DNA of 64,000 nucleotides from Eledone cirrhosa (taxonomy: Eukaryota). A program made the position numbers and the translations under genes. The notes below the pieces were generated by a model. That model had not been told where the DNA came from, searched no databases, and saw only the letters and a list, made by a program, of their open reading frames with translations. This document shows, one piece after another, positions 38,383-52,029 of this stretch; positions within the stretch are counted from its first letter, which is position 1, and every line of letters begins with the position of its first letter. The stretch is taken from the NCBI GenBank assembly GCA_964016885.1, contig OZ024742.1, positions 140,864,001-140,928,000 on the forward strand, given 5' to 3'.

Positions 38383-40921
38383 CACACTTCTACATTTTGT
38401 AAACATTTATTTTTGTTCAATGTAAGGTAGTGATTCTCAAAGTGGGTAATACTATTCCCAACCCACCCACTCCACAGAGTTCTTGGACTTTTAAAAGAAT
38501 CACTAAAACAGAAGTGGATATGGGTTCATTGGAAGGCAACTGGTGATGAAGGAAGATATGGTCAAAAATTACACACTAATTGCTTGAAAACCGTCACTTT
38601 GTTATTCATTCAATAAATGTCCATATAAAGTAAAAAAAAAAATTATTAAAATTTTATTTTCAGTGTATAATTTTCTATCAACTTTAGAGGGGTGGGGGAA
38701 GGAAATATATTCTCTAAAGAGTGGGCAGTAGCACAAAAGGTTCGAGAAACAGATGTAAGGCAAAAAGTATTCTTCTTCTATACAATAACTAAACATTCTG
38801 GCTCTATACATTAACCAAAGATTTTGAATCTATATATTACTTGTCATCTATAATAAAATATAACAAAATAAGCCAAAATATAACTTGCTTTAAATATAAT
38901 CAAGAAGTTTTATTACAGTTCAAATTAAAGGCTGCAAGTACAGAAAATAATGATTTTACTATCAAACTTATCATTTGCTTTTATTTACACTACATTTCAG
39001 TCATTTTCAGGGAGATTATTTTTGTATGTTTCGATGGGCAATTATTGATCTCACCGATACTGCAATTCACAGGGTTTCAGCAATATCATCCATATTCCAA
39101 AGAACCACTTGCAATTAAGTACGGTTACAGTTGATTTAGATTTAGCTTTTTATCTCATGCTAGGCGAATGGACACAATTCTCAGATAATGTGGTAGATAT
39201 TTGTGACTTAGGAATGGATCATTTAACTCTTATTCTGTACTGTGAGAAACTGCATAAGTAAGGCACTCTTGAAAATTACAAAACAGCATCATGCTACATA
39301 ACATTACAGACATCATTCTAACACTGCAAATTTTCAGAATGATCTGCCCACTAGTAAAAATACTATAAACATTTGAATTAACAAACCCGATTTTAAGATA
39401 TAGTCTACTAAATCATGGCAGGATGATAAAAGTTAAGTGGCATAGTATTTATGTAAGCAGCTCTATGGTTGTAGAAGGCGTTTAGCTAAGATTATAAATA
39501 AATGATTATGTTTTCCTAAAGAAAATAGTTTAATTTAGGTTGTTGGCATACACAGAAGTTTCCCCTGCCATCTTTTGTGTGCATTATGTGGGTGGAATCC
39601 TAAATATGCTTACTAAGGTTTGGAAAAAGGAGTACATGCCAATAGCATTGGCTGATGTCCTTAATAACAACTACCTCTTCTCTACTGGCTCTTTCCCAGG
39701 CTTATAAACACAAACAGTTTCTATTTTCTTGCTGGCTTACCCCCACCTAACATGTGAATAGTTCTCAAAATCAATTGGGGGTCTAAAACAATGATACTCA
39801 ACAATTTTGTTAAAGATTATTTCAGTGATCTATTGAAAAAATTCTTTTTTAATCAAAGACGAAAAAAATTAATTATTGGAAAAAGAAAGAAGGTAACTAA
39901 TTATAAAAGTGCACATGAAATCTGATGAAAATTATTTTATAGTTTATTAGAAAAAAATTAAATATTGAATGGAAACAATGTAAGGTTAGATGGACATGTT
40001 GAGGACTTGATAACCTTTCTAATGCTGGTTCCATGATAAAATGTGGTTAATGTCAGGAAGGACATCCAGCCATAGAAATCATGCCAAAAATAGAACATAC
40101 AAAATAGACATGGTCCTCTGACATGTCTAGAAGGACAGTATCTCTATTTTAAAATTGTCTTGAACTATAATAATCCATACTAGCATGGAAAATGGACATA
40201 AAATAATGATGAGGATGATGATGAAGTAAAGTTTAACTGTGACAAGATAATGCCTATTTAAACTTAAGCAATCCATAAGTGAAACGATAGTGAAAGATTA
40301 TAAATTATATTACAAGAATTATACTGTAAAAGAAGAATATATCTGAAATAAATGTAATAAAGTACTGATAGATTTTGACTAGCAAATTTATCAGTAGTTG
40401 GGTACCTTCTTTTAAATATTGAGTTTATTTTATTAAAAATAAAGATAGTCTAGAGTAGTTTCAAGGAATAAATTCTATATAATAGATATAACTCATATTC
40501 TAAATCATAGGTCTCTGATAAATAGCTGTGAGGAATTATTAAAATTGGGGTAAGGTCATATTCTTGCTTAACTTTGCTCTACACTTAAAATTCCCAGGAC
40601 ATTGATTCATAGCACAGTGCTCATCATTCCATCACAGATCTTATGATACTTAGCAGCTAAGGTGGGCAACCAATGAGTGGTAACAGGCCATTTCTGCTAA
40701 TGAAATCAAGAGCTTCTGTCAGGTGAATAAAGGCTAAATACAGTGGCTAATTCTGCCTTCCTCTGATAAATTTTTTAAGCTGGTCTAGTGAAAATATCAT
40801 GTCTATAGTGAATAACTTAGAGTGGAAGCCACATTGTGACTCAGCATATACCCTGTCTGCAAGTTTCTGAAGCCTTTGCAAAACTATTCGAGCAATGAAC
40901 TTGCCAACAATGAGGAGAGAT

Positions 40922-41271
40922 ATCATTTCATTTCATTTTACGTCCGCTTTTTCCTGCTTGCAAGGGTGGGATGGGAACTGATTCTGGCTTGATTTCTACA
41001 GCTGGATGCCCTTCCTAACAGTGAGTGCTAGGTGCTTTTTTGCCGTGGCACCTCCACGACCACTTTGCAGTGGAATGATAGGGAACTCAGTCCCTATCAT
41101 CTCATTTCTACAGCTGAGTAAACTGGAGCAATGTGAAATAAAGTGTCTTGCTCAAGGAAATAACACATCACCCGGTCTGAGAATTGAACTCACAACCTTT
41201 CGATTGCAAGGCCAATGCCCTAACCACTAAGCCATGTGCCTCCATTCTAACCACTAAGCCATGTGCCTCCA
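40922..41271 (-). mobile_element. tRNA-derived SINE, same family as 20799, with duplicated 5' 25 bp
   Basis: Reverse complement aligns to 20799-21089; ctaaccactaagccatgtgcctcca occurs twice (41220-41244, 41247-41271). Confidence 0.85.
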
Positions 41272-43185
41272 GATATGTCAGTGTAATTATTGCAATCACT
41301 TCTGTTGCCTTTGTTCTTTATACAGTATGACAATATTCTTATAAGTAGTTTAAAAATATATATGCAACAAAATAATTAAATCTAAATACAAAAAGAAGAT
41401 TGAAAATAGCACTTTAAAAAGTCACTAACTTGATTCTTATATAGCTATGGAATCTGCAATTTATTAAATATAAAAAAATGTGTTGTCATGATGTTTATTC
41501 TTTTCTCATGGATGTAACACAAACTAATTGTGAATGTGTCAAGGACTTTGCTCACTGGGAACTTATCTCTCTATAAAAATAAGTAGAGAATAATTTGTGA
41601 TGTGTACAATATCAGTTTAGAAGATAAAGAAACAGCATTTTAAGGCTATTTTTCCTTGCCAAAACAGCGGCTAGCCTTGTGGGTCCTTTTTTAGGCCAGA
41701 TGCTCTTCTGGACAACTCTTTTAGATGCCTCTAACAGAACATAGGAATATGGCATACATACTCTAAATCAGGTGCACACATTCATGGATAGAGAAAATGT
41801 AAATAAATTTAAACACCTAATGACAATATGGTACCAAGTGGTTTTAAAAATGTATTTAGCTAAAATGTATAAAATAATGGAGACTAGAGTAGAGGGGAAT
41901 CTTTAGTTTTGCAGGGTACAAGACAACCTCTATAGTGTTTGTGCCATGATAATACATACTTAGTACACTCTGTAAAGTGGTTGGTGTTAAGGGGCTCTAG
42001 CCACAGAAACCATGCCAAAAAGGGAATGTATGAGTGAGACATGGTCTTCCAATCTGCCCAGGAGAGCAGTAACTCCAACTAAGTATTGACTTGAAATATG
42101 ATGACCCATGCAAGCATGAAGAGTAGATGTAAGGATGAGGATGATGAACTTGCTATAGATTATATCAACCAAGTGAAAAAAGTGTTATATACTGTCAGTA
42201 AAGAGTATTCATGACAATGGCTATTAAGAAGTCCATAGGAAGAATGTTGAGGTCTGACCTGACAATGTTAGACCTCACAGAAGAAATAAGGAAGGATTGA
42301 AAAGACTGGATATGAACCATACTGCTGATATCTTCAATTTATATGAGTATGGAAATAAAAAAAAAGTTTAAATGATGATGATCATAATGATGATGCTTGC
42401 AACTGGTAGAAAAATATTTAACAATGACTGATGGCAAGTAATTGGGTCTATACAAAAAAAAGTATTGATAAAATAAAAAAATATCTACCAAGAAGGTATT
42501 GGAAATATTAGATTTTGACATTGTTTATATATATATATATATATATATAATGTTGATAGATGATGATGGTGGTGGAGGTGGTTCTGGTTTTAAGTAGTAC
42601 AATTACAGTTTTAAAAGGGAAATTCTAGAATGGAGAAATGTTGCTGCAAAAGTAGTGAAGGAACGAACGCCTTTTAAGCAAGTAATTTAAGTTTTATTTT
42701 CTGCCAGAATATAAAACAATATATTATGTATTTCAACTATACCAGTCATTAGGGAAATATCTAGGAGTGGTTCAACCAGACTTTTACGAAATGTAACAAC
42801 AATGCAGAACTGTAAATTTATCCATAAGGTACTAACACTTTTGAATGACAGCTAGCAAATTTTGGTAGCAGGAACTTAGGCTAAAAACAGCTATAGCACT
42901 TCCCATAATAAATAAATAAATAGAAATATTGCACTTGCATTTCACAACTGAAAAATATATTTGCCTGGGTGTCAAAATAGTATTATGAATAAAAGAAATG
43001 TCCAGGATAAGTGGAAATAACGTAAGTGAAAGGATAAATTGCGTAAATTCAAGTAACAAAGAGGAATTTGTTACAAATCACAACTAAATATAAACCAATT
43101 TTCTTATTTTTATTTAAAACCTGATAATATATATATTGAAAACCTGATAAATTTGACAAATTGGAAACACATTCATATAATTAAT

Positions 43186-43399
43186 TTAACCATTTTGTTA
43201 CCATATTTCTAATGAAATATATTCTGAATGTGTTTCCATTTATTTGGAACTCAACAAAAATTGACTTTTTCATTCCTAAGCTGATGTTTGGAACATAACT
43301 TAAAAGTTTCTAACATAAAATCACATAATTTAAATATGAAGCAGTTTTGTATCATAAAACGAAGAATGGTTTCAGATAGGTTGGTATCAAATGGATTAA
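43186..43399. mobile_element. piggyBac-type MITE, family A
   Basis: TTAA-CCATTTTGTTACCA...TGGTATCAAATGGA-TTAA. Confidence 0.7.
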
Positions 43400-44914
43400 G
43401 ATATAAGATTGATGAGATTAATAATTGTAGGTTGTGATAAATGTTAAATGATATGAAGCTTTTACAGTCAGAAAGATTAGTGTCTAAGTAGGACTTTAAT
43501 ATTATATAAGCAGTGAAAATGGGTATGTCACTTTAGCAATTGTAATTTCAGGGCAAAAAATAGAGAAAAAGAGAATGAATAAACATTTCCACTGTTCCGA
43601 AAGAAGTGATAAAATGAAGGAGAAAAAATCCAAGTTTATAGAATTCAAGTTATAATGATAAATTAACAAAAATGGGTGGATATATTGTGAAATTTTGATA
43701 ATGCTAGTGTAAAGAACAGTAATAATATTATAACAAAGAATTTGCAGAGCATTAGAGAATTTGGGGTTTTACAAAGAATGGATGGATACAATCTATAAGT
43801 AATTATGGAGTAATGACACTGGGTGATGCTAGAATGAGTGAATACTTTGTTATATGATACATGATAAAATTATATATGTAGACGATGAGAGAATCTAGAA
43901 ATATTCTAGAAAATAGTTTATTATAGGTTTTGGTTAGCTTATTCTAGATCTTTAATCTAATAAAGATTCTAAATATGAATATGATAAAACCAATAATAAT
44001 GATTTCTTATATAGACATAAAACTCATATTTGTAGAAAGAAGGAATCAGTCATATTCAATAAGGCAGCAAATTGACAGCCATTATAATGTTGGACAAAAT
44101 GCCTTGTGGTATTTGTTCCAACTCTTTGTGCTCTGAATTAAAATCCTGATGAGGTCAACTTTGCTTATCCTTTCGGGGTTGATAAAATAAATTACTAGTT
44201 CAAGGTAATGGATTGGAAGAATTCTTAAAGCACTGAATTAAATGTCTTGCAGTATGTGTTCCAGCTTTTGTATTTTGACTTCAAATTCTACTGTGCTTTA
44301 TTTGGGTGGTAGACTTAATCTGTTACCTTGTTTCACACCCCCTTATGTCCGTTGGGTGCCTTGCACATAGTCCATGCTGTTGTAATCATTTGAAAAAGGT
44401 CTCTGACTTGGAGATAACTTCCACCAGTCTCAAAAAGTGAGAAAAGGGTCATAGATACTACCTTTACTCCTTGACTAAACAGCAAAACAATGACTGGTGT
44501 CTATTGAAATTGGAAGGTAAGAAAACAGTAAAGGCAGAGCCCAAAATTAAACACAGCAATAACATTTTTTAGGCAGATGTACCTTGAGTCAAAATTTTAA
44601 AAAATGCATGTAATTAACTGTAGACAAAAATTAACAGGCCAACTGTGTGTTAAGTCTATGTTAGAAGTGCATCTTCAATGTATTTTCATAAAACATAACA
44701 AAATAAGATGGTTCTCATTTCCTATACAACAAATATCAAGTTAGATCTCTTCAAGTTGGACTGGTATTTTCAGCTTATCTTCCTTGCTTATCCTCTAAGG
44801 TAATGCATTCACCATTCTGCAATATCTATCTGAGGTATAAATACAGTGTGACATTGTTCATTGTTTTGTATATATGCACACTCGATTTGTCTAGTTCCAT
44901 ATATATATATATAT

Positions 44915-45228
44915 ATAAAATTGAAAAAGTGGAGAATAACATGGTCAACAGTAGAAAAAAGGGGATTTATTTACAGTCTAACAATTGCTGAACACTAGAA
45001 GCAGTGCCACTCAATTTCAAATACGATGTTAGCACAATCAGATCATCAGAAACTGATCAACAGTTTCTGATGATCTGATTGAGCTAACATCGTATTTGAA
45101 ATTGAGTGGCACCTCTTCTAGTGTTCAGCAATTTTTAGACACTTAATCAGAGAAACAATTGTTAGACTGTAAATAAATCCCCTTTTTTGTACTGTTGACC
45201 ATGTTATTCTTCACTTTTTTAATTTTAT
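44915..45228. repeat. Long inverted repeat (~140-bp arms, 5-nt loop)
   Basis: 44915-45055 is the reverse complement of 45061-45228 apart from a few mismatches and a ~27-nt segment missing from the left arm. Confidence 0.9.
45060..45170 (+). ncRNA. Type I minimal hammerhead ribozyme motif (Penelope-like retroelement type)
   Basis: Stem I ACAGTTT/AGACTGT; core CTGATGA (45067-73); stem II TCTGATTGAG/CTTAATCAGA; GAAA (45152-55); palindromic stem III C-AATT-G; triplet GTT with predicted cut after 45163. Confidence 0.7.
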
Positions 45229-46824
45229 TACTCCAAGATAAACTTACATAGGAATACAACTGAAATCATAAACTCGTCATCTACGTAAACCTCTTGTTGA
45301 GTCAAACAATGCCGTACGATAAAACTATCCATAATAAGAAATATTCACAACCTCTAACAGGATTACCTATAACAATATTTTGTTATCCCTTATATATATA
45401 TATATATACATGTATGTATATAAAGGTGAAGGGTAATCAAAGTTGACAAAAGCTATAGAGTAGGAAGACCTGGATGAGGTGATAAAAGCTGACCATGCAA
45501 AATTGCACCTATCAGAGGCAATGACGCAGGATCGAGATCTTTGACATTATGCAGTAATATAGAAGACCTGCTTTCCCATGCACATGAATTAAGGCATACA
45601 TCTAGTATGCACCACTTGACCACTATCCTCCCCTCCCCCTTCCATACACCTCCCACACCCTAACATCCTGATCACACCACCCTTCTTTCATGCCTTTACA
45701 CCCCTACCCCAGTCCCAACTATAAAGTGGTTATTTTGGTGCCAGGACAAAAAGCACACACTCTAAATTTTCCATGCTAGTATGGAAAATGTACGTTAAAT
45801 GATGATGATATATATAATGCAGTTTACTTAAGTAATATTAGAAGAGATAAAATTGCTGGAAATTATTCATTTTAACATAGGCACAAGGCTACAAATATTT
45901 GGGTGTGGAATGAAGAAGCAGTCGATTTTAAACAGGTATATTACTGGCACTTTATTGACTTTGGAAGGATGAATGGTCAAGTTAATCCTCGAAGGATGAA
46001 AGACACAGTCAACCCTGGCAGTATCCTATGCACAAGTTGACTATCAAATTTTAACTCAGGATGTCAAGAGATAACTAAATACTGTCTGGAATTTAGCAAA
46101 GCACTACAATTTCTGCTACTCTACTCCCTAATAATAATAATTTCTAATGAGCACAAGCTTCAAATTTAAGGGTTGAGGTACAGTGATCCCAGTGCTTGAC
46201 TAGTACTTTATTTTATTTACTTCAAAAAGATGAAAGGAAGGTTTACTTCAGCAGGATTTAAGCTCAGAATGTGAAGTGCTATGATTAAATACAACAAGGT
46301 ATTTTTTCGGATATTTTAATGATTCTGTCAATCCACACTGCTACTAATAAAGAAATGGCATTATGGAGGGCATCCAGTCATAGAAATCAAACTAAAACTG
46401 AAGCATATCCAGGAAGAGAGTGTCCCTCCACCTGTCTAGGAGGACAGAAGCTCCAATTATGTTCTAAGCTGGTGTGTAACAACCCATCCAACCCATGCAA
46501 GCAAGGAAAACAGACTATGATAATAATATAAAGAGTTGAGATTGAGTAGTAGTGTGTAGCTACAATAAAAATTGTTTAAAAGACATAGTAGACAGAAACA
46601 AAAAAACAAAGACATTTTAATAAACAAAATGATGTTAGATGAGTGGATAAATATTAAAATTAACACAACAATGGTATGAGCCATTGAAAGTAAACTTAAT
46701 AGGACTGTAGTCATTTGATTCTTAATCTCTTCTGAAAGAACTTTAGTTGCCATGAGCCAAGTACTTCTGTTTGGTATAAAACATTACAAAATTGTCTGGT
46801 TCATTACATATTAAAAATACGTGC

Positions 46825-47415
46825 ATCCTGCCTGTAAAGTGGTTGTGTTGGTGATGTGACAAACGCATAAAGTCCACTCTGTAGAGTGGGTGTGTTGGTG
46901 CCATGATAAAAAGCCACACTGTAAATGTGGTTGGTGTTAGGAATGGCTGGTGACATGACAAAAAATCCCCCACTCCACACTGTAAAGTGGTTGTTTTGGT
47001 GCCACAATAAAAAGCACCCAGTCCACACAGTAAAGAGGTCATGATCGTGACACGGCAAAAAGCGGCCATTCAACACAGTTAAGTGAATGTGATGGTGACA
47101 TGACAAAAAATACCTATTCCACACAGTAAAATGGTCATGATAGTGATATGACAAAAAGCAGCCATTCCACCAGTTAAGTGGTTGTGATAGCGACATGACA
47201 AAAAGTGCCCATTCCACATAGTAGAGTGGTCATAGTGGTAGCATGCCAAAAAGCACCCAGTCCACACAATAAATGTGGTTTGCATTAAGAAGAGAATCCA
47301 GGCCATAAACAGTATGAGCAAGACACAATCAACTGATCCTACTTGTCACACAGCAGGACAACTTGTCTAACCAATGCTAGCATGGAAAAATGAATGTTAA
47401 ATGGTGATGATGATA
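46825..47415 (+). repeat. 48-bp minisatellite (~9-10 units) inside a retroposon 3' region
   Basis: ccacac anchors end at 46980, 47028, 47076, 47124, ~47171, 47219 and 47267; followed by the tail catgctagcatggaaaaatgaatgttaaatggtgatgatg. Confidence 0.8.
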
Positions 47416-48396
47416 ATTTTCATTACTTGGACAAATTTAATTGGTTAGGGTACTAAAATATAAAAGAGAAGAGGATGTGTTAACTTCTACTGTGCAGTAT
47501 ATAGTTTAAAGATCTACTTTTAGCAAATAATTGTTGTCAGAATAAAGTATTATAAAACTGTTACTATGTACATACATTCATCAATCTATAAGAATACAAT
47601 ATCTATCAATATATAATAAAAATGTTCATTTATCAGCATACAATGATAATGTTCATTTATCAACATCCAATAACAAATGATATATTTTTAAATCCAATCA
47701 CTTAATACTGAGGAAAAGAAAATTAAAAAGTTAATTGCAAATAATTCAAAGGATTCCTTTCCCCTAGAGTTATAAAATATTTGAAAAGAAACAACAAATA
47801 TATATATATATATATATGATGTTAACAAATGATAAATTGATGTATTACATAAGTAGTTAACTGAAAAATCAATCTAAACTGCCATAAAATTGCCTAAAAC
47901 AGGACATCAACAGAGAATAAATACAGTAAATAGAGAGAATTATTTAATTATTTCAATAATAGAAAAAGTGATATAAAGATATTTAAAACATCAATATTTT
48001 TTTCCATCTATCAACAAATGAATTGTTCACAGGCAGTGAAGTTTTCAAAATGAAGCACTAATTTAATCAACATCACAATCATCCACCGAATAATGATCAA
48101 AGTTATTTATCTGGTCACGTGACAATTTTTCACTATCATCTTAAAGTACAATGAAAAGTACCTTATTATGATGATGATATATATATATATATATATAGTG
48201 GTAGAACACTGGAAGGTAATATCCACAGTGGTAGAGCACTCAGAACCATGTCCATTACGAGCTGAGGATCTGCTAAGGTGAAACAATTGTTCTCAGTATG
48301 GTGAACTAACTGCTGTGTAACCACTTCTATATATATATATATATATATATATGGAACAAGTTGTTCCATATATATATATAAATGGAACAAGTTGTT

Positions 48397-48434
<38 letters not shown>

Positions 48435-48817
48435 AACAAGTTGGGCATATAAGCATTTACAGATGGAAAAGTGGACAGTACTGCCTGTGGGAATCAAACT
48501 CACATTTGCTGTACAACTGTCAAACATATGGCAGGTGTGAATTTTTCATGGGGGATTCTGTCCCCTTATCTGTCTCTTGGGGCTTATATGCCCAACCCTT
48601 TTTTACTATTTTTCATATAAAAAAACAAAACAACCTATGTTGAAGCAGCTTACATATCACACAACACTTCTTGAATACAATTGATTCTTTACACACACAA
48701 ACACAAGTGTGTAAGTGTGTGTATGTGTGGGAGGTCAGTAGCCTTGCTGCAGTAGTGACTTAGTCTATGTAGACCTATCCTACTCTTGCTAGCAAGGAAA
48801 GCGAATGTTAAATGGTG

Positions 48818-48855
<38 letters not shown>

Positions 48856-51646
48856 ACATACACAGTTGGTAGTAATCAGGGTTTCATTGTAGTCAATTTG
48901 CCGTAGGGCAATGCAATTCCAATTAACGTAGTGACTCATTTAACCTGAGCCATTAACCCATTGAAATCTTTTACCAATCATCATTACTGTGTTGTTCTTA
49001 AAGGTTCCATTATTTCAATAACATCAATAGCTAAGAGTGTGCCAAAAGTTATGTGCAGATTAATGATAGTAAAACTGTAGTTTATGTGAATCTGAACCAG
49101 TCATGTAGGTTCTGTAGTAAAATAGTTATATCACCTACTTCACACACCAGTCCTCTACTTATTTATAACCAATAAAATATATCACTAACATAGGCAGTAA
49201 AACATTAATCTTATTGCACATGGAGAAATAGCAAGTTGTGATACTTATTCATTTCCCCATAGCATTAACAATGGAAGCACAGTGTTTCTCACCATGAATA
49301 GAAACTTAATAAAAATAACTAAACTATGTTTATGCATAATTGTTGAAATATTTATAACATCTAAAAATGAACATTCTGCAACATTCCAAGTAGCATGCAT
49401 TTAACATTATACTAATGCATTTAATGTTGCATTCATGTAAAAATGTGATAAATTAGCATTACATGTGAGAAGAAAAATGCAATAAAGTGAGACAATTACT
49501 TGCAGCAGAATAATGAATTGAACTAGGATAATTAATTGGTTATATAACTCTAGTCTACATTGATTGTGTAAGCTACAATAGCATGGGGTCTTTACTGACA
49601 TTCTACCTTCATCTCACTGATTGGTGTACGTCACTAGCTTCATCATATGGAAAATCTTACACTTATTCTTTCTTACTTTTTCCACCTTTCAACTATTTCT
49701 TTTTCTTTTTGCTATTTTTTCTTTTGCCTCTTATTTTCTACATTCAAGATGGTGGATCTTCAGATTATGTCCATATTGACTTATGACCAGTTGGTTGGAA
49801 TGGAAGCCAGTTCTAAGTAAAAGAGTATAGCTCCAAACAAATCTACTGGCTAGTGCATGCACACACATAACTACCAGTTTACAGCGTTCTGTATTTGCTC
49901 AGCTTTCACTCTTTGACTACTTGTCAAAGAATATTAACACATTTTATGCCAAACCACATGAAACTGCCCCTGGTTCTATGATACAAAACTTTATCTTAAG
50001 TGTTCATGGTTTTGTGTAAGAATCTTTAAGTTTTGTTCTAAAAACCAGCTTAATAATGTGAATTTATATTACTAAATCCCTTTAAATTCTTGATTATTTT
50101 CAAAATTATTTGAAAATTCTAGGCAGAGACTTCCATTAGAAATAGGATAACTCCAACAGACAATTTGCTCTACCAGTGGGTATATAAAATGTTATTTTTT
50201 ATTATTTCATGCCAAAATAAATGAAATCTTATTCAAAATTGTAACAGTGTTTCAGATCTGAAACATGATTCCTGTTATCCATTATAGTAACAGAATGTAA
50301 AAATGTTGATGATTATTTTAGTAGATTATTTTGGAGGTTAAATCTTGTCATAATTAATTCTAACCTTTCATTACTTAGTTGATTAACTAATATTAATAAT
50401 TTCTAACTCAAGCACAAGGCCAGAATCTGAGGGAAGGAGTTAGTCGACTATAGCACCTGCAATACTTGATTGGTCCTTTACTTCATCGAAATCAAAAGAA
50501 TGAGTGGCAAAGTTGACCATGCCTGAATTTGAACAAAGAATGTAGAAAGACTGAACAAATACTGCAAGATATTTTGACTGCTACTGTAACAATTTTGCCA
50601 ATGTGCCACCTGTTGAATATCCATAATTAAATACTAACATAAAGGATCAAAGATCAAACTAAAAACCAAACAAAATTTGAGGGTTGTTCTGAATGTTTAA
50701 TTGCATTATTATTTGATGATGATGATTAATATATTAGTATTATTATTTGGTGGTTGAGATCATTAACACATCTCACTTGAAAATGTCTCTTTCATATTCC
50801 AACAGAAATATATATTTTATTTTGCACAGTGTAACTGAAGTTAAAGATCACAGAGTGAATTAACCACTAGGCCACATGCTTTCACTTTACTACCAACTAC
50901 TACTAACAAGCCATTTGAACCTCTCCAGACAAAAAAAAAGATAGAAAAAAACTGAAGATAATTAATGATGATAATTAAAACATGACATATGAGAATTTAC
51001 CAATTAAAGAGAGCAAGTAAATTAAGTAAAGATTCATGAAGAGGTCACAACATTAGGAAGCAAACAAACAATTCTTTTGAACTTACAAATTATTAGATCA
51101 ATAGTGCAGCATCTTAATACAGCTTTTGAAAATAATAAATTCAGAAATTATATCTATTTCTAAGTTTATAAGATATGCTTAATTAAAATTGATATTATGT
51201 TCGAAATATATAAAAAGAAAAACTCAGTATTTTATAATAGTTAAAAATAGAGATTCATATTTGAGAAATAAATATCAAATTAATGAAAATATATTAAAAA
51301 GACATAGTTTGTTTTACTTAAATGGAAAAGTGATTAGTACATAATCAAACACACACACATACATATGTATGTTTGAAAATATGAGAGTACCAAACACAGT
51401 AAATAACTGTAATGATGGTCCATTACTATAAACAATAGAGAAAATTAGATAGATTAACTTTAGAGATGGAAAAAAAGGAGAATAAATGTTTGTTTGTTGT
51501 TATTTTTATACCAATTGATTTACAACCTAACTCACACATACATAAATAAATAAATAAATATGATAAAGTACTATGTAATCTGATGGTCAGTAAGAAAGCT
51601 AGATGTAGATGAATGGCTTGTAAGAATTAGGCAATAACAGAGGAGT

Positions 51647-51851
51647 TTAACCCTTTAGCATTTAAACCAGTTACATCACTCACCTCTTTCTGTTCAAAGC
51701 AGCCATAACCAGCCACTTATACCAACGTTAAGGTATTGTTCTCAAAATAAATAATATTAATATCTCATAGATTCGATATTATGTGCGATAATTATGTGAA
51801 GTAAAGCCTTTACCGTGAAAATATAGAATAATGTAAATGCTAAAGGATTAA
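51647..51851. mobile_element. piggyBac-type MITE, family B (partial second copy at 33092-33225)
   Basis: TTAA-CCCTTTAGCATTTA ... TAAATGCTAAAGGA-TTAA. Confidence 0.75.
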
Positions 51852-52029
51852 GATCAGCTGTCCTGTATGACATGAGCACATGTGAAATAAATTATTTAAA
51901 ACATGTGGAAGGCTCCATAGATTCTGTTACCTGGGGATGGGGGAGGGTATTCCAAAAATATAGTAGCTAAAGTAAGACTGGAGAAAATCTACAAAAAGAT
52001 TCTCTCCAAGTCTTGAAGAATGTACAATG

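Noticed and set aside
46825-47290. Regularly spaced repeats resembling a CRISPR array
   Set aside because: Whole 48-bp units are degenerate copies with no unique spacers; no cas genes; eukaryotic retroposon context.
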